Positions 48,039 to 58,018 of a stretch of 58,018 nt of DNA are shown here, piece after piece (positions within the stretch are counted from its first letter, which is position 1; each line of letters opens with the position of its first letter). Under the pieces are notes generated by a model, which ran no database searches, had not been told where the DNA came from, and saw only the letters and a program-made list of their open reading frames with translations. Origin of the DNA: Macrostomum lignano. Lineage: Eukaryota. The stretch lies in NCBI GenBank assembly GCA_002269645.1, contig NIVC01004147.1, forward strand, positions 1-58,018, read 5' to 3'. Position numbers and translations under genes: made by a program.

Positions 48039-48445
48039 ATTTCTTTTTGCATTGCACTTCATTTGAGTATTTTGTCTGTTTTCTTTTTGAAGGCTTTATT
48101 TCGCTATCTTTTTGTTACTTGTAGAGAACAGAGATTCTATACAGATGTCCCCCAACGGGGGCGAAGATTGCTAGTTGAATCACTAAATCACAACAGAGTG
48201 CTAAATATACACCGATTCTCAAAATAATGTACACGGAGGAATTTAGTCTTGTAAAATTCTTGGGCTTTGTCCCCCAAACCATAAAAATTAATTGCGACGC
48301 TCCTGCTAAGAAGCATGCTAACAACTATTCATTCCTTACGAGACTCCGGCTCATTTCTAAGAAAAACTAACCTAGCATCCCATACTGCAGTTTTCCATGC
48401 GTGAGTAGAAGTTTCAAAAAAAGATTTTCTAAGAAATGACTAATA

Positions 48446-49087
48446 TACTCAGCGTCAGTCAAAAGTTCCACCCTCCAAATTGCGAAAATTTCACACTCAC
48501 AATTCAACCCTCAAGTTACGCAACTAAGCCGCCGCGAGGAAGGGGGAAAGTTGATTGACTATCAATACTCGTAGTAAACGTCAGTCGCACAAAATCAGAA
48601 TTTTTTATGCAATATTCAGTTAGAATCGCGATGCCTGTGGGATCCCCTCGCACGCAGAAGTGCGACGACTCTGCGGGGCATCCCAATGATGAGGCGGCGC
48701 AGAAAGTCCTGGGGAAGCCGCTCCAAAGCGTTTTCAATGGCATGACGCAGAGCTCTCCGCAACATTCTATGGTGGATTCTCTTTTCGAATGCTACGTTTT
48801 AGGAAGTCCCAGACATGCTCGATGGGATTCATGTCTGGGGACCGGGAAGGCCAGCGCAGAGTGCGCAGCTGTAGCTGTTCCTTCAGTTGACTAACAGCAT
48901 CGGCTTGGTGTGGCGGGGCGTTGTTCCTGGGCTTGGGTCTGCATAATGTCCAGGCCTGGACCATTAAGCAGACCCAAGCCACCCCCAAGCGGCAATAAGC
49001 TTTGCGCGTGCCGTAGGTTGCGTCACTCGCAATAAGTGAAAAAATCATCTCGCTTAGTGGGGTGGAGCTTTTGACTGTTGCTGAGTA
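48446..49087 (-). mobile_element. Internally deleted Tc1-family element (642 bp)
   Basis: Imperfect TIRs TACTCAGC..CAGTCAAAA, TA TSDs at 48444-48445 and 49088-49089; retains NAPPH, WPSRSPDMNPIEHVW and MPRRVVALLRARG. Confidence 0.88.
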
Positions 49088-49761
49088 TATTTTGGGCTGG
49101 ATTCACGAGTTACGCTAAAATACGCTGCTTAGATAGGAGATGGGACCATTCTATTTTTAGCACAAAAATAGCAGATCAAATCTTCATTTTTTTATATCAA
49201 GTGACCCCTTGATGGCTTGATTGATTGTGCAAAACTAAATTTCTAAGAGTCTAAGAAACAAGAAACTCATTTTACATTTGTCAGGCTGTGTCATTTATCA
49301 ATGATTTTTTTGGCTTTAAAAAATGTGTCCGAAATTTTAAATAATTCACAAATTAACTATATGGCTCGTGTTATAAAATTACTAAAATCTTTACTAAAAT
49401 CTATTGTGCAATTAATTAGGAAAATTCAGCCTCAGAAAGTATTTTCATATTTTTAATACCAATAGCGACATAGCTAAATGTCTTAGCGACGTACTACTCG
49501 CATGTCCCAATGAGCTCATGCCAATTAACCTTCCAGACATTCAACAAGATTTTTCAAACCAGTAAACTCTATACTTTCAGGAGAAGGCCATAAATAAGAT
49601 ACACTCAGACTTTAATAAATATATATTTTTCCATTTGATCAACGTAAATCTGCTCCATACAGATTAGTTGCCAAGTCTGTCTTGGCTTACAAATTATTAG
49701 AATGAAAGCGCAGTAATATATATAGTGGAAATTTAAACAAAATAATATACTAGCGATGACG

Positions 49762-52700
49762 TCATCGCTTGCGACTAGCGTCGCGGATTCGCTTAGTGGC
49801 CAGCGTTTCTACGCCTCCGCGGTCCCGACGAAGCGGCAGCAGGCTCCACCAGATGAAGCTCGCCACCGTTTCATCCAACAGGCTGAGCATTCGCTGACAG
49901 CCGGCGATTGGCGGAGGCCATAGCAGCTCCGGCCGAGTCCTAGCCAGCCGTTCGACCGCCCGACGCTGCGATCGGACGGTGGTGACCGCCATTGCTTCGG
50001 CCGGCCGGCTAGGCGTCTCCTGGATGACGATCGCCGCGCTCTCCTCGATTTTGGCGACGCAACGTCGAGCAAAGTAGGTGGTCCGACGATCGGGGTGGCT
50101 CATGTAGATTGGCTCATCGCTGTCAGCGTTGTTGTTGTTGTTGTGGCAGACGCTGCGGCTGTCTGCTCTGCCGCCGCCACTCGAGTCCGAATCGAAAATC
50201 AGCAACGAAGTGTGCAGCGCGGCCTGGCAGTAGCTCCGGCTGCATGGCTGCGCCGACATTTCCGCTACTCGACGACCAGTCAAATTGACCACCCGTCTGA
50301 GCGAAGATGACGTCATCGTGTTCGGCGCAGACGAGGCGGACGAGGAAGAAGAGGCCGAGCACGACGAGATCGAACGGTGAAGCAGCCGGGCGAGAAGCCG
50401 ACGGCAGCGGTCGAGACTCCGGTCAGCTGAGTTATTTGACGCGTTCCAGTTGTTCCGCTGGCCAACCTGCGGATGCGGCGCCGCGGCTGCCGCCAGAGCA
50501 AACTTGGTGCTCATCGCCGGCTCCAGGGTGCCAGCGATGAAGTCGCAGGCCAGTAGAAGTTGCGGCTCCAACGGGCCGTGACGCAAGGCGTTTCCGCTGC
50601 CGCTTCCGACACTGCCGCTGAAAACTGCGGTTTCTCTTGCTGCCAATTTCGCAGACGCGGCGCCCATCCTGCCCGTGTCGTCTCGGTGCAGACTGATAGG
50701 CGCCAAGAACAGCGCGGCTCGGCTAAGCTTTAGCCAGTCGATAGCCAGGAGGGACACAAATTCCACCATGATTCGACTGCCGGCCGCGAAGGCGATAGCC
50801 GGAGAGCGACTGCAGCCGTCGCCTTCGTAGGAAACTGTAGCGAGCTCGGACAGTTGTTTCTCAACGCCATAGCAGATCGCCGACTGCTGTAGCGGCGGGC
50901 CTGACTGAGGCAGCAGGTACTGATGAATTCGCAGCCTCTGCGAGCGTTGCAACCGCTGCAGCCGATCGCCCATGGAGCACTGAACACTGCGAGCCTGCAT
51001 GATCAGCGGCGGCGATTGGATTAAGCAGAGTGTCTGCTCTCGGGCTCGCCACGAGCTCCTGTCGTCGCTGACAACCAACATTGGCCTGCCTAGAGGGTTG
51101 TCCGGGTCGTTGTCCTCGCTGCGTCGTTGGCCGCCGCCGCTGCTGAAGCTGCTACGATCGTCCAGGATTCTACTGGCCAGCTGGAACACAATTGACGATT
51201 CAAGTCGCGAGCTGCTAACGGCTTCGCGTTCAAGCGTTGGCAAGGCGGACGCCGTGGCAGCCGCGTTGTTAACTAGAGGCGGCAGGTTGTCCACAGGGCA
51301 CAGCGAGCAGCTGCGCATTGCGGTTGTGAGGTCCAGCTTTCTCAGCGCAGCGTCCGTGATGGCACCGACTGGCGCTCGAATGGTCAGGCATCGGCTGTCC
51401 GCCAGCTGCGCCGCCTGCTGTCGCTCCAAGCCGTCTGATTGTCTGCGTCTGCTGCGCCGACTGCTCGTTGAACTCGACCAGCACTGCTGCTGCAGTCGGG
51501 GACGTCGCCGTCGGTGCCGATTTAACAGCGACAGCAGCTGACTGGAGCTGTCAATCGAACGCTCCGCGGTGCCATCCGAGGGCATCGTGTTGGTGCTGTA
51601 GCTGCAGTGCCGTCCGCCTGCCGGCGTGCCGTCCTGCTTGGCTAGACTCGACGTCCTATAGCGAACATTCTGCTGCCGAGTCTGCACCGGAGCCAGCACC
51701 TCCCACTCCTGCTTGCGGACGGGTCCAAGAGCCGCTAAGCAGTTGTTGCCGCTGCCAACATGCACCTCTTCAACCGACCAGGAGAAGGCTTCCGAACTGG
51801 ATGATATCGAATCCTGCCTGGGCACTTCTGAGATTAATGTAAGCCGTGTACTTTCGTCGCTGCTGCTGCCTGTCGATTCGAAGGTAAGCGAGTTCAGATA
51901 CTGCGGCGACTGTTTTGGAGTCTCCAGAAGACCCGCTATGGAGACTTCCAGCTCTTGTGTGAGCCAAGTGCTACTGTTGGTGCTGCTGCTTTTGCTCATG
52001 CTGTTGCTATCGTTGCTGACAGTGTTGCTGACACTGTTAAACCTGACCCCGGCAATCACCAACGGCTGGCAGCTCTCCTCCGAATTGGTGCTGGAAGAGT
52101 CCAACAGCAGTTGCTGCCGCTGCTGCTGGGCCAAACTGATCGCAGCGAATTTGTTTGCAAAATGCCGCGGCCCGCTGGGAGGCGAATGCGGGTTGGACGT
52201 CATAGACGGCTTAGTAGATTGGTACGGGAGTGTCTCAACTTGGCTGACCTTTCTGATCGGAGTAAGAGCTGCCATTGCGTTGTCAATGCCGACTTCGAGT
52301 TCCTCGTCGCTACCTTCTGTGGAGCCGCTGAAGTTCTGCGCCGAGTCGGACGATGTTGGCCGAGGCGTTTCGGCAATCAGCTGGATGCTGCTGCCGTCGC
52401 TGCCTCCAGCTGCGGTGTCCACTGTCGGCGTGGCGATGCTTACAGCAGAGGCTGTCGACTCTTCTTCGACAACTGGCGGCAGTGACCGCTGGGACACAAT
52501 CAACTGTTCCTCGTCATCGGCAAGCTGACTGTCGGAAACTGCTGACACTTCAGTGACTTCTTCAGCCTCGGGTTTGTCTGGCTCGGTCTTCTCCGATACT
52601 CGCTTGACTTTGCTGGACTTGCCGCAGCCGCAGCAGCCTCCGCCACCGCCGCCGCCTCCGTCACCCGCTGCGTCGGTTGTACCAACCGGCTGCTCCTGTT

Positions 52701-53613
52701 TCGGCGGTGGTGGCGGTGGTGGCGGCTGCTGCGGCGGTGGCGGCGTGGGTGGCGGAGGTGGCGGTGGCAACGGCGGCTCCGGCTCCGGCTCCTGCGGTAG
52801 CGAAGCCTCCGAGTTGCTGTCGCCGTCCAGCATCTCCAAGCCTACGTGGATCTGCTCCTCCGACACGATGTCACTCAATTCGTGCAGGCAGACGCCCCCT
52901 GTGGTGATCATCTCCTCGCTGCTTGAGGAAGAGGACGTGGCCGCGTAGACCGCCACCTCGATGATCTCTGAGGTTGTGCCACCATTGAAGGCGAAATTTC
53001 CCGTTGTGGCGACGCTCATTTGGCGAGACTGACGTCGATACAGTGGGTTGGAGACGCTGGGCCTTGTAGGCGCAGGCGGCATCCACACTCGACGAAGTGG
53101 CGTCACATTTTTCAGCGCGTTGGCCGGCACGTAGGCCGGGCAGTTGCGGCCGCTGTCGGCATCGCCGCTGACGCTGTCTCGGCTGAGCGTCGGCATCATC
53201 ACCTTGGCGATGGTCACCGGGACCGCCGACTGTCGTGTCGCTCCAACGGTAGAAACATTGTTTGATCGATTTTTTAGGCAAGTTTTCGGCGCGTAGACTC
53301 GCCCGCTGCAGTTAAGTTCAAGTTCAACGCTTCTATCGTTATTGTTACCTTGGCAACTGTTGAAGCTTCGATCCAATCTGGAAGTTGATTCGGTGACGCC
53401 GCTGATTGAAAAAGAGGCTGGCGATTCCGACCGACGCGACCAATGAAGACCCCGATCGCCCGCGCCAGTTCGACTACTGGAACAGTTCGAGCTGAATCGG
53501 CGACGCAGGCTGGCAAACTGGCGGCGAACGCGGGTGAGACTGTCGCCCAACCGACGTGGAAGCCGTTGACGCGACCAGACCGGCCGGGACCGAGAGTCCG
53601 ACTGCTGACTCAT
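49762..53613 (-). CDS. Large single-exon Ser/Pro-rich low-complexity hypothetical protein (1283 aa)
   Basis: 3.85-kb uninterrupted GC-rich ORF with poly-P, poly-G and GCCGCGK; no domain recognised. Confidence 0.65.
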   Translation of the reverse strand: MSQQSDSRSRPVWSRQRLPRRLGDSLTRVRRQFASLRRRFSSNCSSSRTGAGDRGLHWSRRSESPASFSISGVTESTSRLDRSFNSCQGNNNDRSVELELNCSGRVYAPKTCLKNRSNNVSTVGATRQSAVPVTIAKVMMPTLSRDSVSGDADSGRNCPAYVPANALKNVTPLRRVWMPPAPTRPSVSNPLYRRQSRQMSVATTGNFAFNGGTTSEIIEVAVYAATSSSSSSEEMITTGGVCLHELSDIVSEEQIHVGLEMLDGDSNSEASLPQEPEPEPPLPPPPPPPTPPPPQQPPPPPPPPKQEQPVGTTDAAGDGGGGGGGGCCGCGKSSKVKRVSEKTEPDKPEAEEVTEVSAVSDSQLADDEEQLIVSQRSLPPVVEEESTASAVSIATPTVDTAAGGSDGSSIQLIAETPRPTSSDSAQNFSGSTEGSDEELEVGIDNAMAALTPIRKVSQVETLPYQSTKPSMTSNPHSPPSGPRHFANKFAAISLAQQQRQQLLLDSSSTNSEESCQPLVIAGVRFNSVSNTVSNDSNSMSKSSSTNSSTWLTQELEVSIAGLLETPKQSPQYLNSLTFESTGSSSDESTRLTLISEVPRQDSISSSSEAFSWSVEEVHVGSGNNCLAALGPVRKQEWEVLAPVQTRQQNVRYRTSSLAKQDGTPAGGRHCSYSTNTMPSDGTAERSIDSSSQLLSLLNRHRRRRPRLQQQCWSSSTSSRRSRRRQSDGLERQQAAQLADSRCLTIRAPVGAITDAALRKLDLTTAMRSCSLCPVDNLPPLVNNAAATASALPTLEREAVSSSRLESSIVFQLASRILDDRSSFSSGGGQRRSEDNDPDNPLGRPMLVVSDDRSSWRAREQTLCLIQSPPLIMQARSVQCSMGDRLQRLQRSQRLRIHQYLLPQSGPPLQQSAICYGVEKQLSELATVSYEGDGCSRSPAIAFAAGSRIMVEFVSLLAIDWLKLSRAALFLAPISLHRDDTGRMGAASAKLAARETAVFSGSVGSGSGNALRHGPLEPQLLLACDFIAGTLEPAMSTKFALAAAAAPHPQVGQRNNWNASNNSADRSLDRCRRLLARLLHRSISSCSASSSSSASSAPNTMTSSSLRRVVNLTGRRVAEMSAQPCSRSYCQAALHTSLLIFDSDSSGGGRADSRSVCHNNNNNADSDEPIYMSHPDRRTTYFARRCVAKIEESAAIVIQETPSRPAEAMAVTTVRSQRRAVERLARTRPELLWPPPIAGCQRMLSLLDETVASFIWWSLLPLRRDRGGVETLATKRIRDASRKR

Positions 53614-54105
53614 CCGCTGCCGGACTTGCAGGACTGCCAGGCACTCACTAGCCTGGGAGTTCAGCCTGTCAGATTTGGTGCAACCGCTGTTTGCATTCAG
53701 TTAGTGACTGATTCTGAGCTTGATGCTTCATTCAGCATGCCGGGGTAGCGTTGGTCTTTCAAATAAACAATCAGGAAAATTATAACTGCGAACTTGTCTA
53801 TGGTTGAATTGGGCAGTAGCCTAGTGGTGTAGCGCGGCGCTCTCCGTATGTGCTGATTTTAAGTGCAGTCTCTTTAATTTTGGGGCTACTCGTAAATTGG
53901 AATCTCGACTCGGCGAAATGGACACTACAATGCCTCACCGATTGTGTGACAATGTCCCTTAAAGTGCGGCAGGGTACACACTGCTCTATGTCTCTATCAG
54001 AACAGCCTTTGCACTAAAAGGTCTCTTCTCTGTGAGCCTTCAAAAGGAGTAGATGTGTTTCATTATTTATAGTTTAACCGATTTCGTATAAATACAAGCT
54101 ACAGA

Positions 54106-54946
54106 CACTACACCTGTTCGTGTCCATATAAATCCTACAGACAGAGCTCACTACACCTGTTCGTGTCCATATAAATCCTACAGACAGAGCGTCACTACAC
54201 CTGCTCGTGTCCATGTAAATCCTACAGACAGAGCGTCACTGCACCTGTTCGTGTCCATGTAAATCCTACAGACAGAGCGTCACTACACCTGTTCGTGTCC
54301 ATATAAACCCTTTAGAAAGAGCGTCACTACACCTGTTCGTGTCCATATAAATCCTACAGACAGAGCGTCACTACACCTGTTCGTGTCCATATAAACCGTA
54401 TAGACAGAGCGTCACTACACCTGTTCGTGTCCATATAAACCGTATAGACAGAGCGTCACTACACCTGTTCGTGTCCATATAAACCGTATAGACAGAGCGT
54501 CACTACACCTGTTCGTGTCCATATAAACCGTATAGACAGAGCGTCACTACACCTGTTCGTGTCCATATAAACCGTATAGACAGAGCGTCACTACACCTGT
54601 TCGTGTCCATATAAACCGTATAGACAGAGCGTCACTACACCTGTTCGTGTCCATATAAACCGTATAGACAGAGCGTCACTACACCTGTTCGTGTCCATAT
54701 AAACCGTATAGACAGAGCGTCACTGCACCTGTTCGTGTCCATATAAACCGTATAGAAAGAGCGTCACTGCACCTGTTCGTGTCCATGTAAATCCTACAGA
54801 CAGAGCGTCACTGCACCTGTTCGTGTCCATATAAACCGTATAGACAGAGCGTCACTGCACCTGTTCGTGTCCATGTAAATCCTACAGACAGAGCGTCACT
54901 GCACCTGTTCGTGTCCATATAAACCGTATAGACAGAGCGTCACTAC
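54106..54946. repeat. 44-bp tandem repeat, ~19 copies
   Basis: CACTACACCTGTTCGTGTCCATATAAACCGTATAGACAGAGCGT; period measured at 54369 and 54413. Confidence 0.97.
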
Positions 54947-55540
54947 CGCGGACACCGCAGCATCTATCGAAAGTTAGCACGAATTTACAAGAGCAAGGCG
55001 TCCTTCCACTTCAGTCTCGATCACCAAGGCTCTGTCGAGTGCGTGACGTACTCAAAGATTTAAAAAGCCTCTATTTATAAATTTAGGATTCAAAAAAATT
55101 GTTGAAAGCCTGAAAGAAACTGGATGCCGGTGTGTTGCTCTGCAGTCGTACGGAAGAGGCGGCACACATCAAAGAATCAAAGTCCGGGTCCTGATTGAAG
55201 CGACAGCTGTCTGTACCAGAGATGCTCCATACTCGTACAATTGAGATTTTAAAAACAAAAATTTCTGTCAACAAGATGATAATGGCCTGCCTTGCACTTC
55301 TCTATCTGCATAATTGCACTAATCCAGTAGCTAAATGCGCCAATTATCCGCGTAAAAGTACATAACAGATGTCCAAAAGAAGCGTAACATTGAGTCCTAA
55401 CTCTGGGGCGCACTCTGAGGGGTCGAGGCCCCCCCACCAAGAGAATTTAGGACGCCCAATAAGAGACCAAGGACTACTCAAATAAAAGAACAGGAAAATA
55501 CGTTTCTTGGGAAATTTTTGGAGGCAGATTTTACTGAAAA

Positions 55541-57908
55541 CAGGGACAACTAAAACCCTCGGGACGCGAAACGAGCCAATTCCTGGCAAAAAATCTGAGG
55601 GGCTCGCCTAAAAGTATTGTTCTATGGCTTTTTTGAAGTCTTCTCTGCTATCAGGCATTAACGGTTAGATTAAATAGTAAAGCGAGGCAATGTCGAGTAT
55701 CTAATTTAAAGAATAGGAACCAGTGATATAATTACAATGTATTTACAATAAAGTAACCGCCATAGCAACAAAAAAACTCCAACGGCAAGAAGATAAAAGA
55801 TGAAAGCAAAGATATAACTCCAACGGCAAGAAGATAAAGGATGAAAGCGAAGATGAAACTCCAACGGCAAGAAAATAGAAGCAAATACGGAACTCCAAGG
55901 GCAAGACGACACAAACAGTCAGTAGCTCGTACATAAAGGAATGAAGAATTCCGACTCCTGTGCAGCATCCGTTCCAATCCATGGCTTCTCTCTTCCATTG
56001 CTAAATAAAGCAAAACACTTGCGGTTGGTAGGGTGATTGTCGCTGACGAGAGCAACGACACGGCCACCGTTGTTGTTAATTGCTTTAATACATTGGCTGA
56101 CGCATTTTCGCAGAAACTCCGCAGACAAAATGTTGTCGGCAATAGTCGGACTACAAACGGTTTTCTACCAAGTAATGGCTTTACCATTATGGCCAAAATT
56201 GTCCTAGCAACCTGGTCCGGATCGTCGACGGCTCGACCCAGAAGGTGACGGCATCGATATCGAACGGACGGTTGTATGTACATTTCGTCAAACATAATTA
56301 CGCAGTTTCGCTGAGCTCCTGATAGACTAGCAAAAACTGACTGGATCACATCGGCTGCGTCGGTTTCTGTGCCAACTTCTCCTGTACCTGCTAGTTGCAG
56401 CTGCAGCGTTCGGGATGAGGCAATGGCAATAGCTTCCGTAGGTAAGAGTAAGCCGAACTACTGATCAAGTAGAGCAATGCTGACTGTCGCACTAGTGAAA
56501 TGTCATAGCGGCGATTGTTCCGATTTACTAATGTAAGGCTAAGTTGTCGAATCAAAAACTGAAGCGACGGATCCAAATCAGAGTCAGAATCTATATCATC
56601 ACTGATTCTACTAACAAACGCTTCGACTTCACGTTGGGGATTGGCGTCGGAATGTTTGCACCGCACGACAACAGCATCCAGTTGCGACCAGCGCTTAAGT
56701 GTCGGTTGAAATCCCAACAAGTCTCGAACCGAAATCGGTGTATGCAGTTTGAATGCACGAATCAGAAAGTTGGGTGAGACAAAAATTCGAATAGACAAGT
56801 CTCCATCTTTATCTAACGTAAACAAGTAAACGTCTTCGTTCAGAATAGCTGTGTTCAGTGCATGTCGAGATACGACATCCGAATTTTTCACCTCAGCTCG
56901 AAAACTTTCCCATGCTGGCAAAAAATCAAGCAGCTGAAAAGCGTACATCTCATCGATGTCGCCGCACCTCGCGTCAGAAAGAACACCGCGCTTTTCGGCC
57001 TGTCGGTCCTGGTCTAAAATAAGAGTAAAAATAAAAGTAAGATAATTGTGAGCGGCAAAATCGATATAGACGCTAAGTGTTGAGCAATCTTTAAGTTACG
57101 TACCTTGGTTCTGAACAAAACACGAGCTAGGAACTCCATTAAAAACAGAAGGAGGATTAATTGGCCTTTCGGTAGAGTTTTTCTTGACCATTGGAGCATC
57201 GCTTGGCCAATGCTTTACGCACACGCCCATATTGTCAGTCACTCTCTAAAATAATAAATTTTGGGTTTCAAGTTGTTTGGACGAGACTGGCATGCAGAAT
57301 TGAAGCGGAATTATGCAGCAGAAATGACAGCAAATGATCTGGTTTCTTACCTGGAGAATATTTGGCAGCGCCTTTCTCCATCGCTCTCGCTCCTGTGGAT
57401 CTCTGGGAAACGCAAATATCCGTGTTCGAACGGCTTCAGAGTTGTAATTTGACGAGCACGGACATACGCTGCACTTTCTTGGCATTTCATCAAGTGAATA
57501 AAAAATGCTTCTCTTGATGTAGTTCAGCTTAGCTTCACTGCTGGCCGCAGCTAAAGCAATTTTTAACGTACTTTAATTCAAATTAGCGGGCAGTTAATGA
57601 CATTTAACGCCCGATTGTCTATTTCAAACTTACTTTAATGCAAATTAGCGGGCAGTTAATGTCACTAACTGCCCGCTAATTTTGTTCCACTTTGTCAAGG
57701 ACAAAAATGTCTATGGCACAATAATAGTAATACCCATGCTTTAAGGGCGTTAATGGGAAAATCAGAGGGCGCCGTTTAATGGCATTAAAAGGCAAGAATA
57801 AGTGCCCAGCGGGCACAAAGGTCATGGTACAATACTTTTAAGCGAGCCCCTCAGATTCTTTGCCATGAATTGGCTCGTTTCGCGTCCCGAGGGTTTTAGT
57901 TGTCCCTG
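55541..57908 (-). mobile_element. P-element-superfamily DNA transposon, internally deleted (2368 bp)
   Basis: ~85-bp TIRs starting CAGGGACAACTAAAACCCTCGGG, perfect 8-bp TSD ACTGAAAA on both sides, and a THAP transposase inside. Confidence 0.93.
55950..57485 (-). CDS. Spliced THAP-domain P transposase (THAP9-like), C-terminally truncated; exons 57485-57351, 57245-57104, 57013 to ~55950
   Basis: THAP C-x4-C...FP.D...W...CVKHW...PSVF assembled over phase-compatible GT-AG introns; LPHP(RT)L, CVIMFDEM (D), VSDNHPTN (D); ends in ~41-bp repeats before any third catalytic residue. Confidence 0.85.
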
Positions 57909-58018
57909 ACTGAAAAAATACACTACGGAGAATGGATGTTTTTCATTTTTTCCAGCATATTTGTTAATTGCTTTTGATAGAAGGCAGACCCAATGATCAT
58001 CTTTGATAGGACCTGCCT

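Noticed and set aside
49809-53748. Many short overlapping and antisense ORFs here and across the Gypsy and LINE regions
   Set aside because: Shadow ORFs expected in GC-rich coding DNA; no independent motifs.
54106-54946. 44-bp (also 49-bp and 23-bp) regular repeats as a CRISPR array
   Set aside because: Head-to-tail monomers with no unique spacers, no cas genes, and a eukaryotic context.

Overview
Eukaryotic (animal) genomic DNA with spliced host genes and very many tandem repeats. The GC-rich exons and simple-repeat load suggest a free-living flatworm such as Macrostomum; this is inference only. The left ~12.2 kb is an endogenous Polinton/Maverick-class virus (adintovirus-like) that runs off the window start. 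It encodes a double-jelly-roll major capsid protein, A32/FtsK packaging ATPase, adenain-like protease, protein-primed PolB, retroviral-type integrase, a parvovirus-VP1u-like PLA2, an adenovirus pX-like protein and a coiled-coil fibre candidate. It appears to sit in the last intron of a claudin/PMP22-like host gene. The rest holds an RT-less Gypsy derivative, a full-length LOA/R1-group LINE with RNase H, a DEG/ENaC channel gene, a calmodulin-like gene with an expanded central linker, a two-exon orphan gene, a 1283-aa low-complexity ORF, a CORE-type SINE, Tc1/mariner remnants, a foldback MITE, an internally deleted spliced P-element (THAP) with TIRs and 8-bp TSD, and about ten satellite arrays. 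Nearly all frameshifts I could resolve are single-base deletions, mostly in short homopolymers. They may be assembly errors, in which case several elements are intact.
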